This document shows, piece after piece, positions 35,890 to 51,200 of a stretch of 64,000 nucleotides of DNA. The notes under the pieces are model-generated. The model was not told where the DNA came from. It made no database searches and worked only from the letters and a program-made list of their open reading frames with translations. Numbering within the stretch: position 1 is the stretch's first letter; every line of letters starts with the position of its first letter. Made by a program: the position numbers and the translations under genes. The stretch is taken from assembly GCA_030704615.1 (NCBI GenBank), contig CM060731.1, forward strand, positions 82,832,001-82,896,000, read 5' to 3'. This stretch comes from Takakia lepidozioides (lineage: Eukaryota > Plantae > Bryophyta).

Positions 35890-38800
35890 ATGGCGAGACG
35901 GAGGGAGGGAGAAAGAGGCAGAGAGAGCTTCGATGATACGAAGATCAACTGGGAGATGAGAGGTGCAGGAGTGAAGAGCTCTGCAGGCTTGGGGAAACTG
36001 GCATCCAATCTTGCTTTCAGGAAGGTTGTGATGGACACGGCTTCTCTTCAGCCTGAGGGTCTGAAATCTGGAAGGCGAATTGCACTCAATCTGATGGCTT
36101 ATGATGGGCGAGGTCATCTCTTTGTTTGGAACTCTCAAGAAAAGCTTCTTCACGTGGTCGACATCCAACATTCTGATTCTTTGCAGTCGTTTACGGATTC
36201 ATCATCTCTCCTTGCTAAGACAGAGTTCAAGGTCGGTGTTCCTTATTGGTCTAGCATCGCCATCATACCATAAAGCTACCTTCCTCCTCTTCCCTCCAGT
36301 TTGCAAGAGTCGTGGGACGTGGGTGTGGCTGTAGAGAGAGAGAGAGAGAGAGAGAACCTCAAGGACCCATGGGGGAGGGGTAGTCCATGTGCGCCATTTT
36401 GGTGAGGTCAAGGGTTTAGGGTTTATCGAGATGAACATGGAGAGTAGATGACCTCCACCTTCCACGGAATTTTATTTGAAACCTTTCCTTCTTAGCACGC
36501 GTGGACAGGTTCGATTTCAAACGAAGATTAAACAGTGCAAGGCATGATCATGCCAAATGTTGTTTTCCAATTCACATGTTTGTCTGATGAGATGGCCTGG
36601 GCATGTAGACTGTTCAAACGAGTTCAGAGGTTGAATTCAGCGTGCGCTATCTGGTGTTCAACAGAACAGGCCGTTCGCTGGCTATGGCTGGCAATTCAGG
36701 CTTGATGGTAGTAGACTTAGTCCCTCACCTCTCTGCATCCTCGGACACACCAGCATCCGTGCCTACTTGCAGGTATTATTAATAGAGTGCTCAATTGGTC
36801 TGTATCTCCAGGATTTTGCCTGCCCTGAAGCTTCAAGACTGAATGTCAAGGAATGTGAAGATGCTACAAGGCAGTTGGTTGTTTGCTGCCTGGAGTTTTA
36901 CTCTTACCCTGGGTTTCTTTTTGTACTTCTCTCAATCGAAGATTATTTGTGGTGATGTCTGCCTGGCTTTATAGCACTTTCTACTGGGTCATTAAAAACA
37001 TGAAGAGGTATTGGAGGTACAGCTACCCCGTCTAAACATCTTCCTTTGTAAGCTGCTTTTACAGGATAGATGGGTCAAGCAGTGGATGGTTGGGTTTCAA
37101 CCATGTTGACCTCCACATTTCCCAACCTTGAACCCAGAGGATTGAACCCTGTTGTAAAATTGGTTGATTTTTGAAGAAGTTGCTTTTTTACAAGCAATCT
37201 CTCACCAGGGGATGGCGGGCAGTTGTTTAAAGACAGGTGTGAGGATCAGTGCTGCGCCATTCTATTGCCACTATGGCATTGAAGTTACTCATCTTCATAT
37301 TAAGGAGCATTTCTACTGTCTGAAAGTGTTTCTCCAGTCCCAAATTCTGTGTTGACAACTTTGGGGTGTGTGCTTTTGGGCAGGACAAGCAAGATTGGTG
37401 GTAACAGGCTATTCCCTGGAAAAAATGAGCACTCACTGTGCATATTGCAAGTTGCCTGGCACCCCTACAGTGACACTCATTTGGGGGTTCTATCATCTGA
37501 TGGTGTCTTCAGGTCCAACTATTTCCACTCCCTATTGTGCTTCAACAGTAGATTACCTTAATATTCTGCATTGTTTGTCTGCAGTAGGTTTCCATATGGT
37601 GACAAGATGATGTGGTTCAAGATGAATCCGTGTTCGTTGTATTGTTTGTGTCTGTATCTAGTTTGTCCTTGCTTCTTTTTCTCGCTTTTCCCTTTTATTT
37701 TTTTTCTCTGTTTTTTTTCCTTTGCTGTTTGTGTCTGGTTTCTCCAAATCCTTCTAACCTTAGATCAGATCTTCTCAGTAATTTTTTTTTGGCTACCTTT
37801 AATTGTAAGTAGATTTCTTGATACTTAAGAGGATATTTTCCGTGTGGAGACTATGTTCTGGAATAAAGATAAGATTAAGAATTACAGTCCTTTCTCAGAT
37901 GGTTAGTTGTGTAACAGACTTTAGCGGCAGTGCTGGCAATCAATGGACTCTGGGTGCTTTCTGGTGCAGACTGTTTGATTTATCACTGGATGATAATGAT
38001 GCGGAGCAAGAGTATCATCTGCAAGTTGACCTCCCTGCTCGACCAGCATTGCTTCCTCTGGCTCGTGCTGTGGGCTTTGCATTTGGAGGGGAACATCTTT
38101 GGGACCGTTTTACAGTACGCCTTGTTACCATATGAGCTTTGTTAATGTTAGTCGTTTTGCCATGTTAAATACTGTGTCCACATTGAACCTATCTTTGGGA
38201 AGCTGTCCAGTCGCCAGGGTTTGCACTGGTGTTGGGTTTGCCGTTTCTGTCCGTCTCACACCGTGCTTCAAGACAGCTGTGCGGTTGGCAGTAGGTATAC
38301 CTCTCCAGGAGCTGCACAGGTGCTATGTAAAAGAAAGTCGTCTTCATGGGTTACATTTGTAAAGACATGTAAATTTGAGGAAAGTTGGCTATAAGGAGCT
38401 CTAGTGCAGTTGTCTCGTGTGTCTCATGGACATGATCAATCTAGTTCCTGGTGTCTGTGGATGCTATACATTTCTTTCTGTCCAATGTCTTTTTTCTCCA
38501 TTATCTGTTGGAGGATGTTACAGCTACATGATGGAAGAGGCGAAGGCATATTAGGATTCCGTGCATTGAGGTTTGAAATTCTGGTGTTGTTCTGGTGGTT
38601 TTCAGGTCTTCTTTCTGTTCAGCAACAGCTCCATTTATGCTTTGTGTCCAATGGTACCTTTTGGCAGGTATGAGTCTTTAACCCTTACCTAGCACAGATT
38701 AGCTGTGATAGGCGTCAATTAAACACTTGTAATTGAACTTCTATTGAAGATGGTGGGAATCTCTGGGGTGCCGGGCATGACTTAGGCTTCAGCTTTCTTG

Positions 38801-41800
38801 CTCAATAGGAATTGAGTTGGGTAATGACTGTCATGACGGGGTCTAGGACTGGAATGTTTGGGGTTTGATGGTTGGGAGTTGCAGTATGTTCAATGGAGCA
38901 GCCATAGATGAACTGGTGAAAGATGCGATGCATTTCACGCTGCTGTCCAGCACACGGGACACTAAAGTAGCAGGAAATGCAAGTCTGGCTCTGGCCTGGC
39001 TTGAGGCAGTGTTTCGAGGGTTTGGGGCCTGGTCAGACAATGCAGCAAAGGAGCTGGCATCTGCCTCCTTCATGTTGAAGGCCCATGCTCATGTGCCCCT
39101 TGATGCCTCCCTCTTACTTCAAGTAGGTTCTTTTCTCTCTCATTTCTTACGTGCGCACAAGGGAAAATGTGTGTTCCTCTTTCTGCCTCTTTTTTTGACA
39201 AGTAGGTAAAACAGAATGGGAAGGAATATATACAAACTTTCAGGACATGCATGAGGGACCCTAAGAGAGGGAGAGCAAGAGAGGAGAAACTTTAGAATGG
39301 CCACAGGAGGAGGAGACAAAGCAAAACAAGAAGGAAACTCTTTACATCCACACAATGCCTTGGGCTATGTGGGACATTAGACTTCACAAGAAAAACCAAG
39401 AGAGTGTGTCAGGAAATTCCAAATACCGCTTGGGAAGGTGGCTCATGCAGGTAGGTTGCTAAGGACCTCCAGTCTTCGTAGCTGTGTAGGATGATGAATA
39501 TCGACTAAGTAGTATCTTCTGCTGACTAGTGAGAAGAGTAATTGTGGGGAAAGATGTTTAAAGGGTTGTTTAAGGAGGATGGAGAAGTCTTCTTTATGGG
39601 TTTATGGACTTGCAATTCATGGCAAAGTCAGTATTTTTGGAGCACTTCGAAGTCTACATCTAAAGCTCTTCAAAATCCCCTTGTAGAGCCCATTCCAGAG
39701 CTCAGAGCATAATTCTTTGAAAGCTTGCTAGTTGTTGCTGATATATGTGTCCTTGGAAAGACCAATAACAATTGAGAGGGTTGCTACTTTGTTGCAGGGT
39801 CCTCTCTCAATTGTAGGAAGCATAGCAAAGCAAGCGGATAGTATTTCTTACACTGTGGTTGGCAAAGACAGCATACTTATAGTGACTGGGAGAGATGGGT
39901 TTGTGCATCTCTACGGGGTGGATGATGAAATGCAACCCATGTGGAGCACGACAAGCCCACCACGTCTTAATCTCAATGAGAATGGCCTTCTACTGTCAGT
40001 GGGCATGCTTGCTCTGGCTTCCAGGCAAGAGCAAACTAGGGGTAGCCAAGGGAAGGGGGGTGGAGATTCAGGAGCTAGTTGTCCCTGGGCAGGTCAGCCA
40101 CCTCCCTTGGTTGGTCTTGCTGACTTGGAGCTATCACTTCACCCACCAGTCTTGGATGCTGCACCAGTTTCCCTCTTTGTGGACCCTGTTGTTCCAAAGA
40201 GGCTTTATTGTTACCATGCAGCCGGCATGGATGCGATCATTTTGCAGTGGTTGCCATTCTCAGACAAATCTGCAAACAGGAGATTTGGAGGTAGAGCTCT
40301 CTATCTCTGCATGTTTTAACTTGATGGAACTGGGAAGACCAAGCACAACATGTGTCTTAAGGCCCTATGTTGATGTGAATGGTGATTGCTTAGGTGGTGC
40401 AGTGATTTCCAACCAGCAATTGATTTCAATTGAAGTTTGCGCTCTCTTATTTTGATATCTGGTCTGTATTGGAACCATACCTTACATCATCACTGCTGTA
40501 GGATTCTTCAGTTGAAACAGGAAGGAATGAGGCCTTGGCCTGTTTTACCCTGGTGGCCATATACCCTCCTCCCAATTTGGACTGTGCAGAAAACGTGGGG
40601 ACAAAAGGACAGAAGAGCAAAATGTGAGGTCCACTTCCATTCTGAAGGCTCAGCCACGTGCATAACCTCGGCAAAGAGAGAAGGAAACAGAAATATAGCA
40701 CGTCTACTGGACGGATGACCCATGGGGCACAGTAGAACCACAGTAGAGAGAGAAAGAAAGGATAAAATAAAGAATGTAGGCATAAAAGAAAAGCACCTTG
40801 TGAAGGTTGTTCTGTGCTAGTACTAAGTAACTCTGCCTGCAGGTGATCCTGTACCATTGTTAGTCCCCCTTTTGGACACCTATCCAGCTGGTGATGTGGT
40901 GCCATTGCCATTGCTTGGGGTAGCTGCTATTCTGGACCCTCTGGGCGAGACTTGGCTGGTTGCAGTTACTTCACGGGGTGAATGCTCCGTGGTGAAAATG
41001 AAGCCACAAACAAGCCCTCTATATGTTGAAGGTTCTAGGCTTCCGGAGGACAGCGAACCCCTGGATGCAGGTGTTTTCCAGACGATGAGTCGAGAGTTGT
41101 TGCTTGGACCTAAGGACATCCCTATTGCACAGGTGTTTGGAGCTTCTTTCAACCATTCACAATGTCTTGTGGAGTGGCTCTGTGGGCTGTGCCTAGAGCA
41201 GTATGCTGTGTGAGTCGTTGGGGGTTATACTGTTCTTTCTTTCGTTCTCAATTCCTGTACATGCTCCATGCAAGCTGGGCACTTAGGAGGTGATGAGCTG
41301 GAAGTGCTGATAGTGCCTCCTTATATGTTGCGCCCTTACATATTTGTCACCAGTCTGACCCTTAGTCAGATTATTCTGCATTGGGAAAATCACGTAGCAT
41401 AGCCCAAAATCAGACGTTTTACCTTAAGTTGTTACCTACTTGTGCAGGTGACATCATCAGGCTCGCCATTGACAGTGGACACTGTAGAAGGGCGTGCATT
41501 TTTACATGACCAGTGCAAGTTACTTCATGAAAAGTACATTGAGTATGCACATCGGGTAGGCCTTCAGTTAGTCCCCACTCCCTGCCAAATAAGCTGACAC
41601 CTCTTTGTATTCATCTGTTTTTATAGTTTAGTACTGGAGGCACTATAATAGCTGGCCCTGTCTAATGCCCTCTGGCTAACTACCTGCTGCTATCTGAGGC
41701 TGTTGGTGGGGACTGAAGCTTGAATTCGTGTCATCTCACCATAGCTGCGCGTCCAGCATGCTCATACAGAATGATTGAGTGCAATGCAGGTGTATGTAGA

Positions 41801-43167
41801 GCTAACATCGCATGGAGGACGTCTTCAGGAAAATGTGGAAGAGCAGCAACAGCTTTTGCAACAGGTGCAGGAGAAGTTAAGGCATGCCCAAAAAGGTACA
41901 GCTTTGTTTGCTGGACGCGTCCAGCAGGCTTTGCAAACTACATGGCAACTTGAGCAACGGATCAAGAGGTGTAGCAGCTTGCCAGGTTTACGACACAAGT
42001 CTCTCAGTGAGGCAGAACAGAACTTCAAGCTGGAGCTAGGTTGGTTTCTGGGTCTTCTCTCTTCTACTTTGTCCCATGAGCCCTGATGAAAGACAACATT
42101 TTTCGTGGTTGCTTCAGCATGCATCCATCTTTTGTTTTGTGCAATGTTGACTATTGCATACCACTGGCCATGGGATACCAACCCTCAGAACTGGTTGTGG
42201 GTTTACTAAGTCCCTGGGGTGTCTGGGACTCACCCATGAATTTTCCCTAAATTTTTGTATAGTCATCGACAGTCCAAATGCCTGTCGCTTTGTGGGTCAG
42301 CATTGATGTATTATTCATTCTGACACTCTTCCTTTGGGTCTCTAGCTTGCAACATGGTGGGACTTGCAGTAGCAGTATCTAGAGGAACACTGTTTATGAC
42401 GGCTGTGTATATATATTGAACTTCGGTCAGTGGACGTGCTGTATACCGTGTCTGGGGTGTCCCCCGTTTCCACGTATAAGAACTCACATAAGAACTCACA
42501 GTTGAACTGGTTAAAAGACCTATTATGGTATTAACTAGGCATTGATCCTTGCCAGATACCATCAGGCTTCAGAACCACGAGATTTTTCGCTCAGTTATTG
42601 ATGAATTAGCATATCGCTCTGAGCGAGTGCTGCCACAGTCTCAAGCTTACTCCAAGAAAGCTTCTCCAAGCCCAAGCCTGTCTGGCTCCTCAGGAGGGAA
42701 GCAATCAAGGCCTGTTATCTCAGGCTCACAGTCTAGCCACTTGAAGGTGAGATCGTAAGTAGAACGGACACGAAGATATGGGAAGTTCTAAATTATGTCT
42801 TTGAGACGCAGCCTGATTTGCTTGCATTGAGCTGTGCACAGTGGCCTATCCTTGTGTCAGTTACCAGCTTGACATGATTTGGACAAGGTGTTGACATGAA
42901 GAATGTGCTGACTCTAGTGCCCCCTCTTCTTAAGCTGACAAAGCCAACCCTTTATTTAAGTTGTATATATTGGTTTGATGTTGCAGAGGGCTACATGTTG
43001 TAAGCATGTTATGTGCAATTGTATGTATGGGGTTCCAAAACTGTGTTGTGCAACTATGTGTAAAGGTGGCCGTGGACCAGCTCCTGCATCAGGTGGAGGA
43101 TCTCACGACCTCACTTAACGTGCTTGATGTTTCTGTCAGCCAACATGAGCATCTATTGGACCATTGA
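35890..43167 (+). CDS. NUP88: Nuclear pore complex protein NUP88/MOS7-like (~12 exons)
   Basis: NLMAYDGRGHLFVWNS; ILQVAWHPYSDTHLGVLSSDGVF|RLFDLS..AEQEYHLQ; FAFGGEHLWDRFT; LYCYHAAGMD; C-terminal coiled-coil exons (VYVELTSHG..LSEAEQNFKLEL); inferred stop TGA at 43165-43167; exon boundaries approximate. Confidence 0.85.
36332..36355. repeat. (GA)n microsatellite in NUP88 intron 1
   Basis: tagagagagagagagagagagaga. Confidence 0.85.
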
Positions 43168-44260
43168 CAGGGAGAAAAAAGTGGTAAGCCTCTTAGTAAG
43201 AGAGCTACAGGTACAGCCACAAGCTAAAGATCATCCCAAAGGAAACTTATTGGCCAATACGGTCTTGGGATGTTATTTTTTGATCAAAGTGTGCATGTTA
43301 AGAACGTTGTTGCATAGGTTCTTGCATTCTTCAGGACAGAACTACCTGCGGGTCTAACCATTGAGTTTCTTGGGTTGAGCTGTTTGAATTGTTTTCTTTG
43401 ACACTACTGTTAATCATACTTGTTTTTGCACAGAACAACTTCATATTTGATTCTCTTTCAGAGTTCATCCTTCGTGGCTCCATCTTACCAGGTAAAGTGT
43501 TTGCTAGTCCAGTCAAATAATTTCTCTGTATACCACTGCAAGTTCTCTTCTTGCCTTGTCATCATCTCTTTTTCTTTCTGCGGACACACATTTTCTTGGG
43601 TTGAAGTCGTACCGGGGGGTGTTTACAAAAAGGTGGGTTTGAGTAGGTTTTTTAAAATTACACACTGAGTTTCTGTTGAAACTATATCTGTCAAATAAGT
43701 TTTTTTCTTAAAACCCTTTAAAAAAAAAGTTTTCACATTTTAGCACCTGCAAGAACTGGGGGTTTCAACAATGCGGACTGACACTATGACTGTCTACTGA
43801 TACTTTCACGATGTTACCTGCACATCATCTCTGTTTAGCACAGACCCACAACTACAGCAGCATAAAAAATCTTCCCATCTTTCGTTCCTAACCCGAAGGA
43901 AGGTCCTTAAAGAGTCTTCTTGCTAATTACATGCATGAATATTGTGCAGAGATGAAGGCATCTCTTGCAGCCACTGTCATCTGTATCATACCATCCATTT
44001 GCCAATGAAGCAGTCATTTCGACACCTTGAGGAAGGGCATCGTTTCTTTGAGATTCTATGCAGGAGCTTGACTGTGATAATTCCACAGCTGTTCCTGTCA
44101 GCATGAAAAATTTGTTGAGGAGTGAAGGTCGCTTTGGACCCTTTCTCCAGGTGAATAGTGGATGGAGCATACCCAGCTGAAGGATATGTTGATCTGGACT
44201 ATTCTGAACAGTCTTTGTAGTATTTAGTTTAGATTTAACCTTTGGAGAACTAGGGAGAAA

Positions 44261-44338
44261 TAGGGAGACAGATACATTTCGCGTTGTGAGAAACTAGGGA
44301 TCTTGAGTCCTAGGGAGACAGATACATTTCGCGTTGTG
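44261..44338. repeat. 28-bp direct duplication
   Basis: tagggagacagatacatttcgcgttgtg at 44261 and 44311. Confidence 0.8.
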
Positions 44339-45244
44339 CGGATAGTTGCTTAGACCTGGATTTTCGGAAGAGCAACAGTGCACTAGTCACTATAGCCATT
44401 CTAGGTGTCTTGCCTTTAATGGGAAATGTCAAACAATAATAAAGTGTCATTCAAAATCCAAACCCAAGGTAAATAGTTAAAAACTATGGAAGATGTGGTA
44501 TCTTGTCATCTATGAACTACCAGACGAGGACAGCATAGATGTGTTTTGTTAGAGGCCACTGATCTAAAAATCCTTTTAGTTGCTTGTAGAGACGGGGGTC
44601 CTCACTCATTGAGGCCCACATTGCTACATGTGTTCCCTTTCCTAGTTATATGTTACTTCATGTACAAAGGTAGGCAGCCTCCCATGGGCCCTCAACAAGC
44701 AGCCCAGAAACAACAAGGCTATTCAAACCAAAGAGATTGTCTGAGCTTGAAAGCCTCCTGCAGATAATGAAAGATAATGATTGAAGAGCTTTAAGCCGAA
44801 ACAGTAATGGGTTTGTTTGTTTGCTTTTTTTTTAAAATTTTATACAGAACAGGGGGATTGCAGCCCTGATAAATTTTATTAATTGGCATGGATGATCAGT
44901 GTTCTATAAAATACCCCTTGAATCTCAAATGTGGCTGTGGACTTCAAGTGACGTACAAAACAGATCTGAAAGTGGCCTAGATCAAAACAATACTAATTTC
45001 GTGAATGCTACTCACATAGAGAAGCTCAAACTTTTCAGTATGAATAAATACAATGGAAGTTTTGAGAAAGAACTGGATAACACAAATTTCTAAACTCACT
45101 ATCGGCTACCAAGAAATACAGAGCTCAATTTCTATACAAACAGATGCCTCAACTTTGCCGAAATATGCTGCTTTTAATGGTTGCGATATTCACACGTTTC
45201 TGGGTTTGGGGTCAGACAAAAGTCTACAATCAAGAGAGTGTTGC

Positions 45245-48200
45245 CTACAAACGGGTGGTGGGCACATCAAGCAAGGGAACTCCAGTGACGGTGATCTCCA
45301 TACGCGGCATGTGGAACCCAATTTGCAAGTCTTCCATTACCTTCTTCATGTGAAATATCATGTTGCTCCTCCGTTGCCATCTCTCACCTGCCTCCTGCAT
45401 TATCATAGGATACGGGAATGTGGGCATGACAGCTTTTTTCTTCCACAGCTATATTCACCAACGGGTGGCTCCTACACAATGTTCTTCTGGGGGGGGGTTT
45501 AATGCAGTAACCACCTTGAGATTCTTTGCTAGCTTTTCCTTCTCATTTTACTTAATGATGTATGTGATGCACTCTAGCTGCTGGTTGGATGGCCTCTGCA
45601 CCTATGGAGCCTTCTCAGTTGCAGGGGAAGAGTGGGGCAATGAAAATCTGGCATCTGGACTCTTGAGTGGTCACCAAAGAGTGTCCCAATTCTTCAGGAG
45701 ACAGTGGGCGTGACAGTTTACGAAGAAAGAAATTGCTACACCGGCTGGAGAGTCAGTCTTTGTGATACATGCAGGTCTCGGATACCAACTTCTTAGATGC
45801 TCTTTGTCCTTAGCTACCGTTCTGCTAGTTTACTTATAAGAAACTATCCGAGTCCGTCGGTTGTACTTTTGTACACCAGTCCCGTCACTACTTCCATTTA
45901 GAGCTCAATAAAAAACAGCTGGGGAGAACTACCAGAGGAAAGTCCAGGGAGTCACCTGGAAGTTCAGATGATGCTGCATCCATAGGGACATCTTCATGCG
46001 GTTGCTATCCTCGATGTCCTTGCAAATAATACGGAATGTTGGATACCAAAACTGCGGCAGGCTTTCTATATACTTTGTCATGCAGTCCTTGAGAATCCCA
46101 ATCTTCTCCACTGGAGTGGTGGAATGGATCTGAAAGTCAATGGCATCCCATTGATCTGGGCTTCGGTAGAAGTTAGAGAGAGGTTTGGTTGCCAGCACTG
46201 AATTTGGATAGTAGATTTTCTCATTTGAGCCGCTGCACACATGACAAGTTGCAGTGAATAAACTAGAATATTTGCAATACAATTCTCCTAGAGACAGTTG
46301 TGGGCTACCTGTACATCTGTTGAGGTGCTAATGCACTGCGATCCTGTTGTAGCGGTGCTGTTGCAGCGATCAACACACATGGCCAAGTGCTGAACATAGC
46401 CAACTGCGTGACAGCAATACTACACTCACAAGACGGAGGAGAATTTGGAAATGAAACCGCGGTCTTTATAAGGTCCCCGGAAAGCTCAAAGAAAGAAATG
46501 AGCTGGGAACCGATCCGTTTCAATAATCTGATGCTCTTCAAGTTCAAGTTCTAAAGCTTTGTGGGATTATTCACATCTGTTGGTGGGCATCCGCTGGTTT
46601 GCATACTTAAGAAAATTACATCAGGTACACTACTCACAAAATTTCTCTGCTCATCAGACAGAAACGTTAGTGATGACCTACCTGAGAAACACTGTGTTGA
46701 GTATGTTCATCTCCTGCCATCACACCCAACCAACAGTGCTCTGCTTCAGATGCAAATTATTTATCCTGTATGAGAGGCTTTTATTTATATGCACTATACA
46801 ACTGTGGTTAGCTGGTTTTGTGACACAGAAAATGATTTTTTCCCCAGCAATAAAATATCGGGGCTTCATCCCCTTTATAAAAAAACAAAAACAAAAACGA
46901 AATGATAACTTAAAACTTATAGCCCTATGAATTTCAGTTCTTGATCTTACCACACCTTACTAACTTTATAGCTGCACAGTTCATTGATTCCTGATTACTG
47001 CATGGACTCATTTGGATTGAAGTCAAGCACAGTACATGTAGATTACACCTTTTGTCAGTGAGGTACAGTTCACATTTCTTACTGTGCCAAACTGCAGTTT
47101 AGAACCTGCTGTAAGTGCACTTAGTAACCTATAGGAGTCCAACAAACCATATTCCTTGCAAATCCGTGTGCTCCTCACACTAGAATGCTTCTGCTGACAG
47201 TAACAAGCGTTGACTCTACAATTCCTGGAGCTTTAGTTGTTTTTGGGCTGTTTGTGGCCCCTCTCTTGTTTTCTGTCTTCCTCTTGTGCCGTAAGCTCTT
47301 TGAGCTTCCCATGGATGCTATAAAGTACCATTTCATTTCAGGCCTTTGAGAAACTATCTGCCTCACGGTTTCAGTCATCCTTGAGCTGCATTTCTAACAC
47401 TAGATGAAACAGAGCAGCAATTTTGCTGGTTCGTGCACTAAAGTGGGTCTTCAATCACAACCCTCCAAAAAACCCTAGCCCATTCAGTTAGCTTAGTGAT
47501 TGATATCTTCTGAGGTATTTGCAGCAGGACACCATACTGTAATTTGTATGAGGAGAGAAGGGAGGCGAAGGAAGGAGGTCTACACCTCGACGATCAAGGA
47601 AACTCCGTCAACTGCAATGCGGTCGCCAACGTCAAACGGATGCATAATAAAGAGGAAAATTAAAGACTCGAATGTGCTTCGTGCAGCATTGCCGAAGATG
47701 AATACGGAGGGGAGCAAGATTGAGGAGAAGGCCACCAGCAGCTTTTGTGTGTTAACGCCCATTATCAGCAAACAAAGTGTGAGCGAGACGGCCAACATCA
47801 GCTGCAAGACTTCACCATAATTGTAAGTCTAGGGCGCTCCAAAGTTTCAGCCTTGCACAAGCAAACAAAGACTGGAAGTGGAGAACTGAAAGAGCATCGA
47901 TTTGCTGACAGATATAGTAATCCTTTCTCAATCACTCTACTATATTGGGGAAAACAATCTGACAATAATCGAACAAGCTTCCCCATAGCTTCGCCATTCC
48001 TGCACTCCATGTGGTGTTTTCATTTTGTAAATTTCAAGATCTTCGTGACCACAAATATGGCCATCTACGCAATGAGGTTCAATACGGTCTGGATTCATTT
48101 GGTGGTATGAGGACGGAGTGCCTGGCATACCACGTCAAGGACGCGATGGAGCTTGGCAACCACAGTGCGGTTGTCGCTGAGAGTGAGGGACAAAGCCTTG

Positions 48201-51200
48201 CGCTCCTTATAAACGTTGACCACCCACTTAACGAGTGCTTTCTTAGTGATTTTCCCTGCCTCAGTAACGTCAAACAATGCATATGCCTTTGTGGCTTTGT
48301 CCTCTGGCAAAAACTCCATGAAATTCTTCAGCATCAAATGCTTTTCCCCTGGATCGGCCATATTATAAAAAATCTGTACACCCAAAAAGTTGTGCCTCAG
48401 TATGCCACCCAACCTCTTCCACATCTACTTATGTGTCCCCCTTTACACTTTTGGTACAAAGATTCCCTATCCGTTGTTTACTGAGTTTCATGGAGGAATG
48501 TGAGCATTCTTTAAATATGTGGATGAACAGGGTCTGTATATAGATTGTTGGGCTCCAAGAATGAAAACTGAGAATATGCAAAGGAACACTAAGACTTTAG
48601 ATGTGCTCTACTCTAGATCAAATGGATGCGAGTACTGCTGCTAGTATTCAGGTCCAAGGAGGACAGAAGCAAGCAAAAACTGGTATAGTCTGAATGTAAA
48701 GTACATCTGGTCGCAGCTCAAAGAGCATGGGACACAGAGATTTGAATCAATATATAAAACAAGAAATGATATGAATGAAATGGGACAAAAGTATGAAGGA
48801 TACAAGAAAGAAAGTAGACCCCTAGTACTCATCAAGAGATTTTCTAAGATGGATAACCTCATGCGACATGCTGCCAAGCATTTCAGATCCTCGTTATGCA
48901 AGACCTTGGCAAGGGAGTGGCTGTCACAGAATAGGCAAAAGGAAGAGAGAAGAAAAGAGAGGGAGAGGTGCACATACACACAAGAGGGTGGCTCACGGAG
49001 GTAGAGGTTAAGATTGACCTGCTTGGCTGCGGCTTTAGCCTCTACTTCACTATCAATCTCCCAGTCAGCTGATAACATGGACGAATACGTGGTCATGTTG
49101 TGGGTACGTACAATCTTCATCAGTCTCCTCAGTGTCCATGCTGGCACTGTCTGGGACCACTCACGTCATGCAGAACCCAGCACAAGAGTTGGTTACTTTG
49201 TTTCGTTACATGCACTTGCTCCTTGAGAAGATACGGATCGACTATATTATCCAAGGAAAATGCCACATCATCAGAGGCTATAACTGGTGCATTCCACCTT
49301 CAGAAGTCTAGCTTGGGAGACAAGATTATACGAACTTACTTCCGAGGTCAGTTCTTGCAGTTTGTCCTGTGCAATGCCAGGTGCCTTAGGTGTAAGGGTT
49401 TTTCCATTAGTTGCACCCGCAACAGAAAAGCTGACCCTCTTTCGGCAATTTGGGGATGGAAAATTGGCCCCATTCGCATCATATTGTGGTCGTTGATCAT
49501 AATCGAAGCCTTCCAGAGCCGTCCCTGCTGCCACAGTTGTAGCTACGAGCCTGTAAAAATTCTTGGTTTGATCTTCAAACCATTTGCTGTTCCTACACTC
49601 AAAACTATTCTCTTGATGAACCTGGAAGAATGGATCCTTTTAGACATTGTTTCCAATTGCCCTCCAGAGAGTGTAGTCGGCTCTATCCTTACCTGCATCT
49701 GGGGAGATTGCCTTCTGACAAGAAATAGGCACATAGGTGTTTCCCACATTAATGGCATGCTCCTGCTCCCTCCTTCGCTCCAGCAAAGCCTGCAGGTTTA
49801 TGGGAATGGCTTATCTCGAATATGTTTTTCACATCAATCCATGATTGTGTGTTCTGTTCATACTGTCTACATCATGCTGTTGCACATCAGCACAATGAAT
49901 GTAAACCCATACCCCTTGAGAGGAACACAGAAGTGTCTCAGCGACTAACCTGGGACCCAAAGTCGGTCGTCACTGGCCTCGGGGGCAGATACCTGCCATG
50001 CGAATCACAGGGAGCTCTGGAGGATCGCGAGTTACTGGGGAATCCATGTGTGTCATGAGGAGTTTTGCCCTGGTCCTGGGGGCTAAGAAAGGATGATCGA
50101 CCATTCTTGGTGGGCACATGCACCGAGTTGACCCCTTGTTTGTCCTCATCCTGGAACCAATCAACAACACAATCTGGCACCTTTAGATATGGAAGAAGGA
50201 CACATATCACTAAGGGAATAGAGAATAGTCTATCAAAAGAGCTGTAATCAGGGCATATTTATGGAGCTCAATGCAGTGAGAAATTCCATACGTTGCTGCT
50301 GGATCGACCATAGTGAAGGTCTAATGGCGCTGCTTAAAGATCTGGTGCTATTGTATCAAGCATTGTGAGGCAGTACCCACCCTCCAGGTACTACAGGGAA
50401 GTCCCAATAGCACCTATTGCAAATGCACTATGCTAACCATCTATGCCCAGTGCCAACTCTCATGTCGAGGTACCTGTGAAATAGTGGCTGGAGCCCTAAT
50501 CTCTTTCTGGGTGGTGTGGCCTTCATCAAAGGAACCAGGCCATTCATCATGATCCTGTCGGATCTTCGGCTGCGAGATCGTTTCCAACACATATTGATGA
50601 AAGAGACAATCCTGAATTCTATCGAAATACGCTGCACGATGAAAGCTGTTGGCACACGTTTTCACGCACAGTACCTTGATCAACCACAATCCTGACGCAG
50701 TGAACAAACACCAGAGCACCTGACCACACGAAGCTCGCCCCAACATACTCCCCATGTCAGAACATGCTTAAGCATCTTGACTAGTTTAGGGGCTTTCTAG
50801 ATACTGGAACTGCCTACACACATGTTTCCCCTTGCTCCATGATTGAGACTTCACTGGGACCCCGGGAGTGCCACAATCAATATGAAGACCTAAAACAGTT
50901 AAAATCCAGGAAAGAAAGAAGAAGGATTGGTTTGCAAACATATCCAGTATGGAAAGAGACATCTCGCAAAGGTGGGTACCTTGGTGATGATAGGAACAGT
51001 ATGTGTGTCCGTACTATGTCTGAACACCGCCTTCCAGGTGCTGATGACCAAAGCCAGCCAAATGCAATTCTTGACAGAATGGCGCAATCCGTACACAAAG
51101 TAGAGCACGCGCCTCTTCAGCAGATAGTGGCGCTCTATCAACACCACCAGCAACTACAATTTACCCCCACATATTGAACCTACAGTTAGTTAATCACTGC

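Noticed and set aside
49100-49948. 282-aa plus-strand ORF
   Set aside because: Antisense to MSL exons with no motifs; shadow ORF
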